Virus record (IMG/VR): IMGVR_UViG_3300030419_004292
Strand: one strand, 5' to 3'
Source: an uncultured virus (IMG/VR IMGVR_UViG_3300030419_004292)
Lineage: Duplodnaviria; Heunggongvirae; Uroviricota; Caudoviricetes
DNA: 64,000 bases
The position numbers were made by a program, and so were the translations under genes. Positions 26,667 to 36,482 of this stretch are shown piece after piece (positions within the stretch are counted from its first letter, which is position 1; each line of letters starts with the position of its first letter). The notes under the pieces are model-generated. The model worked only from the letters and a program-made list of their open reading frames with translations, had not been told where the DNA came from and made no database searches.

Positions 26667-27696
26667 CCAAGATCAGTTGAGTCAGATTTCTGTTAAGCTA
26701 TTTGAAAGAGTCACGGACTTATTAGATCTATTCGAAATTGAATATGAAGAACTCGGAAACAGAATCACGTTTGCTTGTCCAATTCATGGTGGAGATAATA
26801 CAACGGCGCTAACTATATTTACAGAGGGAGATACGTTAGCCGGAAACTGGTGCTGTTGGACACATAATTGTGAGTCCATCCACAAAAATACCATGATAGG
26901 ATTTGTAAGAGGCGTCTTATCTTACAGAAAAGGTTCCTCCTATGGATTTTTTGATACTATTAAATTCTGTTTAGATTTTCTAGACTGCAAATTAGATAGC
27001 ATAAAGGATGTTCCACAAGAGAAGGATAAAGACAACTTTATAAGAAGTAGTCAGATTTTAACTAAAGAAAAAAAAGAACAATCTGGCAAAATAACGCGAG
27101 AAAAGGTGAGAAAAGATCTCTGTAGAGAGGTACAATACTACACAGACAGAGGCTATCTGCCAGAAACTTTAGATAAGTTTGATGTTGGTATTTGTGATAA
27201 CCCAGAAAAAATGATGTATGACAGGATCGTTGTTCCAATCTATGATGACGATCACAAATATATGATAGGCTGTATAGCCAGAAGTCAATCTGAGAATGTC
27301 AAGCCCAAATGGATACACAGTAAGGGGTTCAGAAAAGGTTCTTGTTTGTACAATTACTGGCATGCAAAGCAATACATCTCTGAATCAGAAACCGTTGTTC
27401 TAGTTGAAGGACAGGGCGATGTTTGGAGACTAGACGAAGCTGGCATCTATAACGCCGTTGGAATTTTTGGCTGCTCTCTCAGCGATGAACAATTGATAAT
27501 ATTGGAGAGATCTGGTGCATTGAATCTAGTTTTAATCACAGACAACGATGAAGCTGGATCAGACGCAAAAGATAAAATTAAAGAGCAATGTGGAAGATTG
27601 TTTAACATATATACTCCCGACATACCCAAAAAGGATGTGGGAGATATGACAATAGAGGAAATAGAATCACTAATTAAGCCATACACGGGACAATAA
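26638..27696 (+). CDS. dnaG: DNA primase (Zn-finger + TOPRIM)
   Basis: CPIH...WCCWTHNC, VEGQGD, DNDEAG and KDVGD. Confidence 0.88.
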   Translation: MTHQVSSRLSQDQLSQISVKLFERVTDLLDLFEIEYEELGNRITFACPIHGGDNTTALTIFTEGDTLAGNWCCWTHNCESIHKNTMIGFVRGVLSYRKGSSYGFFDTIKFCLDFLDCKLDSIKDVPQEKDKDNFIRSSQILTKEKKEQSGKITREKVRKDLCREVQYYTDRGYLPETLDKFDVGICDNPEKMMYDRIVVPIYDDDHKYMIGCIARSQSENVKPKWIHSKGFRKGSCLYNYWHAKQYISESETVVLVEGQGDVWRLDEAGIYNAVGIFGCSLSDEQLIILERSGALNLVLITDNDEAGSDAKDKIKEQCGRLFNIYTPDIPKKDVGDMTIEEIESLIKPYTGQ

Positions 27697-27697
27697 A

Positions 27698-28510
27698 ATG
27701 CAAAAAATATTGGCACTTGCTGGATCAAAACAGTCTGGAAAAAGTAGCTGTTGCAACTTTCTTCATGGTTATCTAATGAAAATTCACGGCTGTATTGATC
27801 AGTTTGATCTGACCAACGAAGGTAAACTCATAGTTAATTCCTTTATAGAAAACGAAAAAGGAGAAACCGAAGATGCCATGGGCCTTCTGGAAGTAGAGAG
27901 AGATGATTATGAATTTGCCATGTGGGCGGCAAACAGTATGTGGCCCTTTGTGAAGGCATACTCTTTTGCCAAACCTCTAAAAGATATATCGATAGCTCTG
28001 TTCGGATTAACCGAAGACCAGTGCTACGGCTCTGACAAAAATAAAAACACTCCTGTCGCTATAAGATGGAATTCTATGCCGGGATATAAAGGCAGGAAGA
28101 AAAGCTTTATGACTGCTAGAGAGTTTATGCAGTATCTTGGGACTGATATTTGCAGAGCCATAAAGTCAGATGTTTGGTCTGAAAAATGTATATCTCAGAT
28201 TACGGAGGAAGGAAGTGATTTCGCCATAATTAGCGATTGCAGATTTCCAGACGAAGCCGAAGCGATCAAAGAAGCTGGTGGAAAAATTATCAAGCTTACG
28301 AGGACGGCTTCAAGCAAGGACAAGCACTCTAGCGAGACTGCCTTAAAAGATTTTAACGATTACGATGCGGTGATAGACAATCAGAATCTAGAAATGATAG
28401 ACACCCACAAACAACTAATAGATCTATTGTTTGAGTGGGAGTGGCTAAAAACAAAAACAGAAATGATTGAAAACTCTGGAACCGCAACCGTAGCAATAAA
28501 AGATGGATGA
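27698..28510 (+). CDS. deoxynucleoside monophosphate kinase
   Basis: GSKQSGKS, FAKPLK, REFMQYLGT, DCRFPDE and HSSE. Confidence 0.85.
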   Translation: MQKILALAGSKQSGKSSCCNFLHGYLMKIHGCIDQFDLTNEGKLIVNSFIENEKGETEDAMGLLEVERDDYEFAMWAANSMWPFVKAYSFAKPLKDISIALFGLTEDQCYGSDKNKNTPVAIRWNSMPGYKGRKKSFMTAREFMQYLGTDICRAIKSDVWSEKCISQITEEGSDFAIISDCRFPDEAEAIKEAGGKIIKLTRTASSKDKHSSETALKDFNDYDAVIDNQNLEMIDTHKQLIDLLFEWEWLKTKTEMIENSGTATVAIKDG

Positions 28511-28772
28511 TTTTAAAATGCCCGAGATTAAATTCAAAAATGATGTAACAGTTTTCTTTCAGATGGATGCGTCTAATGTCGTCTGGCTGGCAAGTGCATC
28601 CCACAGCAAAACTGGTCCTATCCAAGTTACAAGTTTTGAAAAAAGATATACCGAAGACAAAGAGATCATCTTTGGTTTGGAGCCTGATGAGCTACTAAAG
28701 TTTATGAATAAGGCTGCAAGCATGAGGTTTACAGAAGAAGGCGAGCAATGTATTGCTTTCTTTGACTTTTAG
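28503..28772 (+). CDS. hypothetical protein
   Basis: Coupled 89-aa ORF. Confidence 0.5.
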   Translation: MDDFKMPEIKFKNDVTVFFQMDASNVVWLASASHSKTGPIQVTSFEKRYTEDKEIIFGLEPDELLKFMNKAASMRFTEEGEQCIAFFDF

Positions 28773-28791
28773 TATGAGTAATTAAGAACTA

Positions 28792-29559
28792 ATGAAAATT
28801 TTTATAGCTACTCCAGTCCACTGCAATCATGTGGACTATAGATACATGATCAGTCTTATTAACTCTTTGAGATTTTTATCTAACTCAAAGATTTCTGCAA
28901 CCTTGAGATTTCTTCAAGGCTCTCTGATAAATAGATCAAGAAATGAACTGGTTTCTTTATTTTTAGATGACAAAGAAAGTACCCATTTACTTTTTATAGA
29001 TTCTGACGTTTTTGATTTTGATAAAGGCTGTCTTCAAAGAATAGTTGAACTTGACAAAGATGTGTCTGGTGGAATATACCCAATAAAAAAACTGGAAGAA
29101 GACAGGATAAAACTTTTATATAAAAATTTCCCAGAATCCGATCACCAAGAGATATTTTCTAGTTCTTATAAGTATAATATAAATATAGGAAAGAGTTTAT
29201 TTGCTGTTCATGAAGAAGCAAAAAATAACAACGGCTTCATTGAAGTTGATCAACTAGCCACAGGCTTTCTGCTGATCAAAAGACATGTCTTTGACAAGAT
29301 GATTAAGGGTTATCCAGAAAGACAATATATCCCATACCCAGATCAAAAAGAATTTCAAACTGGAAACCTTTACAACTTCTTTGATTCGTATATTAATCCA
29401 GAAACTAAAGAATACCTTTCTGAAGACTACGGTTTCTGCCAACTCTGGAAGAAACTAGGTGGAGAAATCTATGCAGATTCTCAATCTAAACTTTCGCACT
29501 CAGGACTTTTTGATTATAAAGGAAGCTTTATAGATATGGTCAAAAGGTTTATAGGTTAA
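28792..29559 (+). CDS. GT-A fold glycosyltransferase-like protein
   Basis: SLINRSRN, LLFIDSD, TGFLLIKR and YLSEDYGFC. Confidence 0.75.
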   Translation: MKIFIATPVHCNHVDYRYMISLINSLRFLSNSKISATLRFLQGSLINRSRNELVSLFLDDKESTHLLFIDSDVFDFDKGCLQRIVELDKDVSGGIYPIKKLEEDRIKLLYKNFPESDHQEIFSSSYKYNINIGKSLFAVHEEAKNNNGFIEVDQLATGFLLIKRHVFDKMIKGYPERQYIPYPDQKEFQTGNLYNFFDSYINPETKEYLSEDYGFCQLWKKLGGEIYADSQSKLSHSGLFDYKGSFIDMVKRFIG

Positions 29560-29561
29560 TA

Positions 29562-30572
29562 ATGCTAGTTAGCTACATAAGAAGCTCTTCTTATAATAAT
29601 TATGATTACTGTCAGCAGCAGTATTATATTAATTATGTGCTTGGCTACGGAAGCACGTCTAGCAAGAAGGCTCAGATGGGTACGATAGTCCATAAGGTAA
29701 TGGAGTGTCTCGCCAGAGCCAAGAAAGCGCTTCAAGATGGCAAGAAAAGTTTTAAGGATGATGTTCTAGGAAGAATTAGAATCACTAAAGATAAAGTTGG
29801 TTCAGATAACTTTGTAAACAGTCTTATAGAAAAAAGCTACAATCACTACGTGGATGAAGCTCCGCAGGTTTTTACAAAGAAGGACTTTTCAGACTGCGAG
29901 AAGTGGTCTTGGATGGCTCTCGAATATAACGGTGGGCAGTTTGACCCTAGAAATAGAAATATTGTTGAGGCAGAGCCTCACTTTGACATAGAAATTACGG
30001 AGCCGTGGGCTAAGTATTCCTATGATTTGCCAGACGGAACCAAGCTGGAGGGCAATCTAGCCATCAAGGGAACCATTGATCTAGTCACTCAGGTAGATGA
30101 TGGCGTTATAGAAGTTGTTGATTGGAAAACTGGCAGAAGAATAGATTGGGCTAGCGGGGAAGAAAAGACTTACGAAAAACTATCTGTAGATCCACAGCTA
30201 TTGTTATATTATTATGCTATCTCTAAAATATTTCCAGATTACAATCAAGCAATCATGTCTATATTTTATATAAGAGATGGTGGACCTTATAGTCTTTGCT
30301 TCGATGAGTCTGATCAAAAAATGTTTCTAGATATGTTGAGAACAAGATTCTCACAAATCAAAAACAACACCAAACCAAAACTAATTTCCAAAAACAGATC
30401 TCATTGGAAATGTCAAAAGCTTTGTGATTACTGTAAGAATAACTGGGAAGGCACGGACAAAAGCATATGTCAGTATGTTCAGGAAAAGGTGGAAAAAAAT
30501 GGTATAGAACAAACCACACTAGAATGTACGCGAAAGGGGTTCAGCCTTGGATACTACGACGCACCCGGTTAA
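29562..30572 (+). CDS. PD-(D/E)XK exonuclease (AddB/Cas4-like)
   Basis: GTIVH, KGTIDLV, VDWKTG and QLLLY; N-terminal Cys plus C-terminal CxxxCxxC. Confidence 0.85.
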   Translation: MLVSYIRSSSYNNYDYCQQQYYINYVLGYGSTSSKKAQMGTIVHKVMECLARAKKALQDGKKSFKDDVLGRIRITKDKVGSDNFVNSLIEKSYNHYVDEAPQVFTKKDFSDCEKWSWMALEYNGGQFDPRNRNIVEAEPHFDIEITEPWAKYSYDLPDGTKLEGNLAIKGTIDLVTQVDDGVIEVVDWKTGRRIDWASGEEKTYEKLSVDPQLLLYYYAISKIFPDYNQAIMSIFYIRDGGPYSLCFDESDQKMFLDMLRTRFSQIKNNTKPKLISKNRSHWKCQKLCDYCKNNWEGTDKSICQYVQEKVEKNGIEQTTLECTRKGFSLGYYDAPG

Positions 30573-31500
30573 ATATCTAACCAACGATGAAGTATGTGAA
30601 ATATTATCTGTTTCAGAATGTGTTGGAGTTGTAGAAGATTTATTTAAAGATTTAAGTAATACACAAATGCCCCCCAAAATATATTTAGATATACCAAACG
30701 GGGACTTTAGGGCTATGCCAGCAGTTGTTGGCTCGACAGCAGGAATAAAATGGTGCGGAGTCCATCTAGACGAAAGCGGAAAGAAACGCAAGATCAACAT
30801 CTTTGCCAAGGTTTTGATAAACGATGTAGACTCTGGAAAACTTTTGGCGATAATGGACGGCGAGTCTATAACCGCCATAAGGACGGCGGCAGTAACTGGA
30901 GTTGCCACTAAGTATTTGTCCATTCCGAACGCTCAATCAGCAGCATTTATAGGATGTGGAAATCAAACTAAAAATCAAATAGAAGCTGTTACAAGCGTCA
31001 GAGATATTTTGACCATCAAACTATTTGATTTAGATACGGACAGAGCCAATGCTCTTAAAAATGATTTGGAAAACACAACAAACATTTCATCTATCATTGT
31101 CTATGATAATCTAGAGAAGTGCGTTAGGAATTCCGACATAGTAACGACACTTACACCCTCAAGAGAAGGATATCTTGAATACGATTGGCTCCTTCCAAAC
31201 GTCCACATCAACGCCGTGGGCGCAGACGCAGAAGGAAAAAGGGAACTGTGCGAGTCTGTTATTCCCAACGTTGACATGATTATCTATGATAACTACGAAC
31301 AATGCTCGCACTCTGGAGAAATACAATACTTTGAGGAAGATGACAGGTGGGATTCTCTTGAGAGCGTCGTTTCAGGACGACGGTTGAGAGACGACCAGAT
31401 TCAGGCTACACTGTTTGATGCCACAGGTTTGGCAATCGAGGACGTGGCTACAGGAAGGTACATTTATGAAAAAATCATCAAGTCAGAGCATAATAGTTGA
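30547..31500 (+). CDS. ornithine cyclodeaminase / mu-crystallin family, resembling archaeal alanine dehydrogenase
   Basis: MPPKIYL..GDFRAMPA, GIKW, TAIRTAA, IGCGNQ, HINAVGAD and FDATGLAIED. Confidence 0.88.
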   Translation: MDTTTHPVKYLTNDEVCEILSVSECVGVVEDLFKDLSNTQMPPKIYLDIPNGDFRAMPAVVGSTAGIKWCGVHLDESGKKRKINIFAKVLINDVDSGKLLAIMDGESITAIRTAAVTGVATKYLSIPNAQSAAFIGCGNQTKNQIEAVTSVRDILTIKLFDLDTDRANALKNDLENTTNISSIIVYDNLEKCVRNSDIVTTLTPSREGYLEYDWLLPNVHINAVGADAEGKRELCESVIPNVDMIIYDNYEQCSHSGEIQYFEEDDRWDSLESVVSGRRLRDDQIQATLFDATGLAIEDVATGRYIYEKIIKSEHNS

Positions 31501-31996
31501 AGTTGAATTTACAGACGACATGATGGATAGGGCCAAGGTCAAGGCAAAAAACCTAGGCTCAATAAATAATTCTATAAGAAAAGGTGGAGGTAACATAGTC
31601 GGTTATCTTGGAGAAGAAATTGTAGCCCACTACATGAAAGCTGATATTATAAGTAACGATGAGGGTACAGAAAAGTATAACTATGACTTAGTCAAAGATG
31701 GAAAAAAGATTGAGGTTAAGTCTAAAGAGAGATCGGTTCCCCCTAAAGATTTTTATGATGCCAGCGTTGCCGAGACTAGCAGACATCAAAAAACTGACAT
31801 ATATGTATTCACCAGCATAAAATGCGAAGGAGGCAAACCTGTCAGAGCTTGGATTTGTGGACAGAAGGATGCTAAGGAATATTTTGAACAGGCCCGATTT
31901 TACGCAAAGGGTGACATAGATCCTTCTAACGGATGGAAAGTTTCTACGGACTGTCACAACATGCCATACAAAGATCTTGACCCAGTAGAATTTTAG
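31466..31996 (+). CDS. restriction-endonuclease-like PD-(D/E)XK protein
   Basis: GYLGE...YDLV...IEVKSK. Confidence 0.55.
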   Translation: MKKSSSQSIIVEVEFTDDMMDRAKVKAKNLGSINNSIRKGGGNIVGYLGEEIVAHYMKADIISNDEGTEKYNYDLVKDGKKIEVKSKERSVPPKDFYDASVAETSRHQKTDIYVFTSIKCEGGKPVRAWICGQKDAKEYFEQARFYAKGDIDPSNGWKVSTDCHNMPYKDLDPVEF

Positions 31997-32005
31997 GACG
32001 ACAAG

Positions 32006-33916
32006 ATGTCAGTTTGGACACCTCTGCATTTGCACACACACTACAGTCTCCTAGACGGTCTCTCAAAGCCGTCTCAAGTTGCCGATAGATGTTCTGAGCT
32101 TGGGTACACTTCCTGCGCCGTTACAGATCATGGAACAATTTCCGGCGCCATTTCTTTTGTGAGGGCTGTGAAGGATAAAAATATCAAGCCCATATTGGGT
32201 TGTGAATTTTATCTTTCTGAACAGTCTTGTCAAGTTAAAGACAAGTCAAACCGCTCTCTGAGCCACCTAGTTGTGCTTGCAAAAAATAAAGCTGGCTGGG
32301 ATAAGTTAATACAGGCTACATCAAGAAGCAATGATGAAGATGTATTCTATTTTAAACCCAGACTAGACTTAGATCTTCTGGGCACATACTGCGATGGAAA
32401 CCTAGCGTCCTTCAGCGGACACATGGGTAGTGATCTCGCCAATATACTCTTCACGAATTACAGAGAAGGTTACAATGCCACCACATATGAAGAGGCAACG
32501 GCAGCTTTAGATCCCGACTGGAGAAAGAAAGCCGTTTATCTAGCTGAAAAGTATAGAGAGATTTTTGGACCTGAGAACTTCTTTATAGAAATTCAGCTTA
32601 TAGATAAAGACAATGCCCCCTCTACTATCCTGATTGCGGAATGTCTTAGGCAGGTTAGCAAGGATACTGGCATACCATGTGTAGCCACAGCGGACTCACA
32701 TTACCCCACAAAGCAGGACGCTTCGGACCAACGCCTGTTGCTTTGCTCCTCAATGAAAACAACCCTAAACAAAATTGAGAGCAAGATGAGTGCCGGTGAA
32801 GACGTTGGCCTCTCTTCTTTCTTTAGATCAAACAACTATCACATTCCTTCCAGCGAAGAAATAGAATCTATAAACACCGAGGAGGAGATTCAAAATTCAT
32901 CATTGATTTCAGACATGTGTGAAGAGTACGACATACTTGGATCACCGATTTTGCCAAAATTTAAATGTCCAAATGACTTAACGGAAGATGAATACCTTCG
33001 AGAGCTTTGTCGCCATGGATGGAGGGATCTCTTAAAAGCAGCAAACAAGATTGAAGATCCCGGCAAACTGAACTCATACCTAGATCGCATCAAGAAAGAG
33101 TTGAGCGTTATACAAGATGCTAACTTGTCTGGGTATTTTCTTATAGTTAGAGATATAGTAAATTATGTTAAGAGCAACGAATGGCTTCCGGGTCCGGGCA
33201 GAGGTTCTGCTGCTGGCTGTTTAGTTTCCTATCTTGTGGGAATCACGCAAGTAGATCCCATAGAGCATGATTTAATTTTTGAGAGATTCTATAACGCAGG
33301 AAGAAACACCGACGACCACATATCTCTTCCAGATATTGATATAGATGTTCCAGCCGAGAGGCGAGATGACACTATCAATTACATTCGCTCCAAATATGGA
33401 AACAATAAGGTCGGCCAGATGATCACGTTTGGTAGACTTCAAGGGCGAGGAGCCTTAAAAGAAGTTTTTAGAGTACACGAAGCCTGTACGTTTGATGAAA
33501 TGAATACCATCACTAAAAACATTCCCCAAGAACACGAAATTTCTGACCAGCTTCAAGATATGGACGAACCTTCAATTATTAAGTGGGCTTTAATCAATCA
33601 GCCCGAAGGATTGAAGGAGTGGTGTCATATTAATGAGGATGAGCAGATAGAGGGAAAATATTCCAAGCTGTTTGAACAAGCCATCAGGCTTGAGGGTACA
33701 TACAAATCTCAAGGCAAGCACGCTGCCGGGGTTGTCATATCTTCTGAGAACCTGAGCGAAGTATGCCCCATGGTTAGAGACAAGCACGGCGAAGAAAAGG
33801 TTGCCGGTCTAGAAATGCAAGATCTAGAATCAATGGGTCATGTTAAATTCGATGTACTAGGTATTAATTTCTTAGATAAAATTATGAAGATCATAAAGGA
33901 TACTAGCAATGAATGA
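32006..33916 (+). CDS. dnaE: DNA polymerase III alpha, N-terminal part (PHP + palm/thumb)
   Basis: HLHTHYSLLDG, TDHG, ADSHY, GRGSAAG, FERF, PDIDID, HAAGVVI and KFDVLG, then a stop. Confidence 0.92.
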   Translation: MSVWTPLHLHTHYSLLDGLSKPSQVADRCSELGYTSCAVTDHGTISGAISFVRAVKDKNIKPILGCEFYLSEQSCQVKDKSNRSLSHLVVLAKNKAGWDKLIQATSRSNDEDVFYFKPRLDLDLLGTYCDGNLASFSGHMGSDLANILFTNYREGYNATTYEEATAALDPDWRKKAVYLAEKYREIFGPENFFIEIQLIDKDNAPSTILIAECLRQVSKDTGIPCVATADSHYPTKQDASDQRLLLCSSMKTTLNKIESKMSAGEDVGLSSFFRSNNYHIPSSEEIESINTEEEIQNSSLISDMCEEYDILGSPILPKFKCPNDLTEDEYLRELCRHGWRDLLKAANKIEDPGKLNSYLDRIKKELSVIQDANLSGYFLIVRDIVNYVKSNEWLPGPGRGSAAGCLVSYLVGITQVDPIEHDLIFERFYNAGRNTDDHISLPDIDIDVPAERRDDTINYIRSKYGNNKVGQMITFGRLQGRGALKEVFRVHEACTFDEMNTITKNIPQEHEISDQLQDMDEPSIIKWALINQPEGLKEWCHINEDEQIEGKYSKLFEQAIRLEGTYKSQGKHAAGVVISSENLSEVCPMVRDKHGEEKVAGLEMQDLESMGHVKFDVLGINFLDKIMKIIKDTSNE

Positions 33917-34136
33917 TAAAGACTATTATAGAAACGTCTTGCTGGATGGGTGCTCCATCGAATATCAAAGACTGAGCATTTGTGACCTTAGAGATTACTA
34001 CAACTTTTATAGTAAAAGAAAAGATCCCATCTTTCAAGTACATTGTGATGATTCAAAAAATAGATTCTCTCAAATTTACAAAGATGTTAATGAGGCCGTA
34101 AATAGTTTTATTGAAATAAAAAAGAAATTAAGATAG
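33909..34136 (+). CDS. small hypothetical protein coupled to dnaE-N
   Basis: ATGAATGA overlap with the dnaE-N stop. Confidence 0.6.
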   Translation: MNDKDYYRNVLLDGCSIEYQRLSICDLRDYYNFYSKRKDPIFQVHCDDSKNRFSQIYKDVNEAVNSFIEIKKKLR

Positions 34137-34144
34137 GAAAAATT

Positions 34145-34834
34145 ATGAATTACAGAGACATAATCGTATTCGATTTTGAAACTGGAAGCAGAAACCCTTC
34201 CAAGACGCAACCAACACAGATTGCAGCTATCGCGCTTCACGGAAGAAAACTCACAGTGCAACCGGGGGGAATATTCAATAGCGAGATCAGACCGATACTT
34301 AATGACGACAAGGCCATAGAGATGGGGCTTGATCCAGTGGAGGATGAGGCTTTAGAAATCACACACAAGACTAGAAAAGAACTTGCGAAAGCTCCACATC
34401 TAAAAACGGTGTGGAAAAAATTTGGTGAGTTTGTCAACAAATTCAACTTCAAGAAGACCCCTTATTACGCTCCAATCCCAGCCGGTTACAACATACTTGG
34501 CTTTGACATGCCAATAGTACAAAGAATCTGCGAAGAGCATGGCCCACTAGACAAACAGGGTAGGCAATGCTTATTCAACAGAATCCACAAAGTAGATGTC
34601 ATGGATATGGTGTGGCAGTGGATGGAGAATAATCCAGACGTAAAGTCTCTCAGCATGGATAGTATGCGGGAATACATGGGGTTCCCAGAAGAGAGCAAAG
34701 AGGGGGCACACGACGCCCTACAGGACGTTAGAGATACCGCCAACATGATGATCAGGTTCTTTAAGTTCTATCGTAACATTGCTCAAAGCACCAAGTTTGA
34801 AAAATCCTTTGCCGATGGAAACTTTTATGTTTGA
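34145..34834 (+). CDS. DEDDh 3'-5' exonuclease (DnaQ/epsilon-like)
   Basis: VFDFETG, GYNILGFD and AHDALQD motifs. Confidence 0.88.
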   Translation: MNYRDIIVFDFETGSRNPSKTQPTQIAAIALHGRKLTVQPGGIFNSEIRPILNDDKAIEMGLDPVEDEALEITHKTRKELAKAPHLKTVWKKFGEFVNKFNFKKTPYYAPIPAGYNILGFDMPIVQRICEEHGPLDKQGRQCLFNRIHKVDVMDMVWQWMENNPDVKSLSMDSMREYMGFPEESKEGAHDALQDVRDTANMMIRFFKFYRNIAQSTKFEKSFADGNFYV

Positions 34835-36419
34835 TGTAAGAGACACTTCTTATAGCTGCAACAAAACTTGGAATCTTATTTGTGATGGCAGAACCAAGGG
34901 GGTCTTCCAGCTAGAGAGCCAGCTTGGAAGATCTTGGGCAAAGAGGTTGAAGCCGAGAAACATAGAGGAGCTTGCCGCTTTATCGGCTTTATTACGGCCC
35001 GGCTGCCTGAAGGCGATAGTTGACGGCAAGTCCATGACTCAACATTATGTTGATAGAAAGAATGGACAAGAAGACACTTCCTATTTAGATGAGTCTTTGA
35101 GAAATATTCTTGAGCCTACATATGGTGTTTTGGTATACCAAGAACAGTCGATGAGAATTGCTCAGGAGATTGCGGGATTTGATCTTGAGCAAGCTGACGA
35201 TCTTAGAAAGGCTATCGGCAAGAAAAAAGCCGACCTCATGTCAGAGGTCAAGAAAACATTTATGAAAGGGTGCGAACGTGTATCCATTGTTTCTAAAGAA
35301 ACTGCGGAAGAGATATTCGGATGGATTGAAAAATCAAATCGTTATGCTTTTAATAAGTCCCATGCTGTTTCTTATGCTATTTGTGGTTATTGGTCTGCAT
35401 ATTGTAAAGCACACTTTCCTCTACATTTCTACTGTAGCTACCTATATCATGCACACGGAAAGCAGGACCAACAGCAAGAAGTAAAAGAGTTAATTTCCGA
35501 TGCAAAGATGCATGACATTATAGTAATGCCCCCAAAGGTTGACAACCTGCAAAGCAACTTTAATATTAAAAATGGAAACATTTATTTCGGGCTTCAGGAT
35601 GTCAAGTATATTGGTGAGAGTCAGGTTGAAAAAGTAATTTCCGGCATTAAAGCTATAGAAGAAAAATACGGTCAAGAAATCAAAGACATTAGTTGGTATA
35701 GAATATTAATTAATCTTGCTGATAAGATCAACAGTAATGCTATGCTAGCTTTAATTTCTATAGGTGCTCTTAATTCTGATTATACCATCAGCAGAAATAA
35801 GATGTTGTATGAATTTGAAACTTGGTCCAGCCTTACCAAGAAAGAGAAAGAGTGGGTTCTAACAAACTGCGATCAGCCAACAGATCTGTTTCCAGAGAGA
35901 GGCAATAAGGGCTTGGAGACAGCGCTAGAAAGATTGTCCCCCACCAAAAAAGAAGGTGGTGGCACACATAATGCAAAGAGAAAAGACATAGTCAAGGACT
36001 TACTAGAACTCCTGAAGAACCCGCCCTACGAACTAGAGGACACACCAGACTGGATAGCGACAGAAGAACACAAGTATCTAGGAGCATCACTTACATACTC
36101 GAAAATTGATGGATGTGATACCGGAGCAGTGAACACCACCTGCAAGGAATTCCTTGACGGGAAACCCGGCAAGGTTGTTCTGGGAGTAGAGGTTGTTTCC
36201 GCCAGAGAATGGACAATCAAAAAAGGAAACAGCAAAGGTGAGGTCATGGCCTTTTTGTCGGTGGAGGACAGTACCGCCACGATGGATTCTGTGATTCTGT
36301 TTCCAGATTCTTGGTCTAAAAATAAGCCACTACTCTACGCGGGCAACACGGTGCTTCTGTCTGGAAAAAAATCTTCTAAAGATACTACTCTTATAGTGGA
36401 AAAAGTTTTTCAAATTTAG
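34827..36419 (+). CDS. dnaE: DNA polymerase III alpha, C-terminal part (fingers, HhH, OB)
   Basis: GVFQLES, LRPG, TYGVLVYQEQ, LRKAIGKKK, YAFNKSHA, FGLQDVKYIG and MAFLSVED. Confidence 0.92.
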   Translation: MFDVRDTSYSCNKTWNLICDGRTKGVFQLESQLGRSWAKRLKPRNIEELAALSALLRPGCLKAIVDGKSMTQHYVDRKNGQEDTSYLDESLRNILEPTYGVLVYQEQSMRIAQEIAGFDLEQADDLRKAIGKKKADLMSEVKKTFMKGCERVSIVSKETAEEIFGWIEKSNRYAFNKSHAVSYAICGYWSAYCKAHFPLHFYCSYLYHAHGKQDQQQEVKELISDAKMHDIIVMPPKVDNLQSNFNIKNGNIYFGLQDVKYIGESQVEKVISGIKAIEEKYGQEIKDISWYRILINLADKINSNAMLALISIGALNSDYTISRNKMLYEFETWSSLTKKEKEWVLTNCDQPTDLFPERGNKGLETALERLSPTKKEGGGTHNAKRKDIVKDLLELLKNPPYELEDTPDWIATEEHKYLGASLTYSKIDGCDTGAVNTTCKEFLDGKPGKVVLGVEVVSAREWTIKKGNSKGEVMAFLSVEDSTATMDSVILFPDSWSKNKPLLYAGNTVLLSGKKSSKDTTLIVEKVFQI

Positions 36420-36447
36420 TGCAAAAACGTTTTCCCTGACGTATGAT
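36419..36447 (+). promoter_or_regulatory. sigma-70-like promoter upstream of ssb
   Basis: GTGCAA-N17-TATGAT. Confidence 0.45.
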
Positions 36448-36482
36448 AGTGTGAGACTTTTGAATTCCTATAGGAGAAACAC

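Noticed and set aside
29562..30572. CRISPR-Cas locus suggested by the Cas4-like nuclease
   Set aside because: No repeat-spacer array or other cas genes were seen; solo nucleases of this type are common in phages.
33917..34826. Split intein or self-splicing intron between the dnaE halves
   Set aside because: There are no intein N- or C-terminal motifs, and the gap is filled by two intact ORFs with no room for a ribozyme core.
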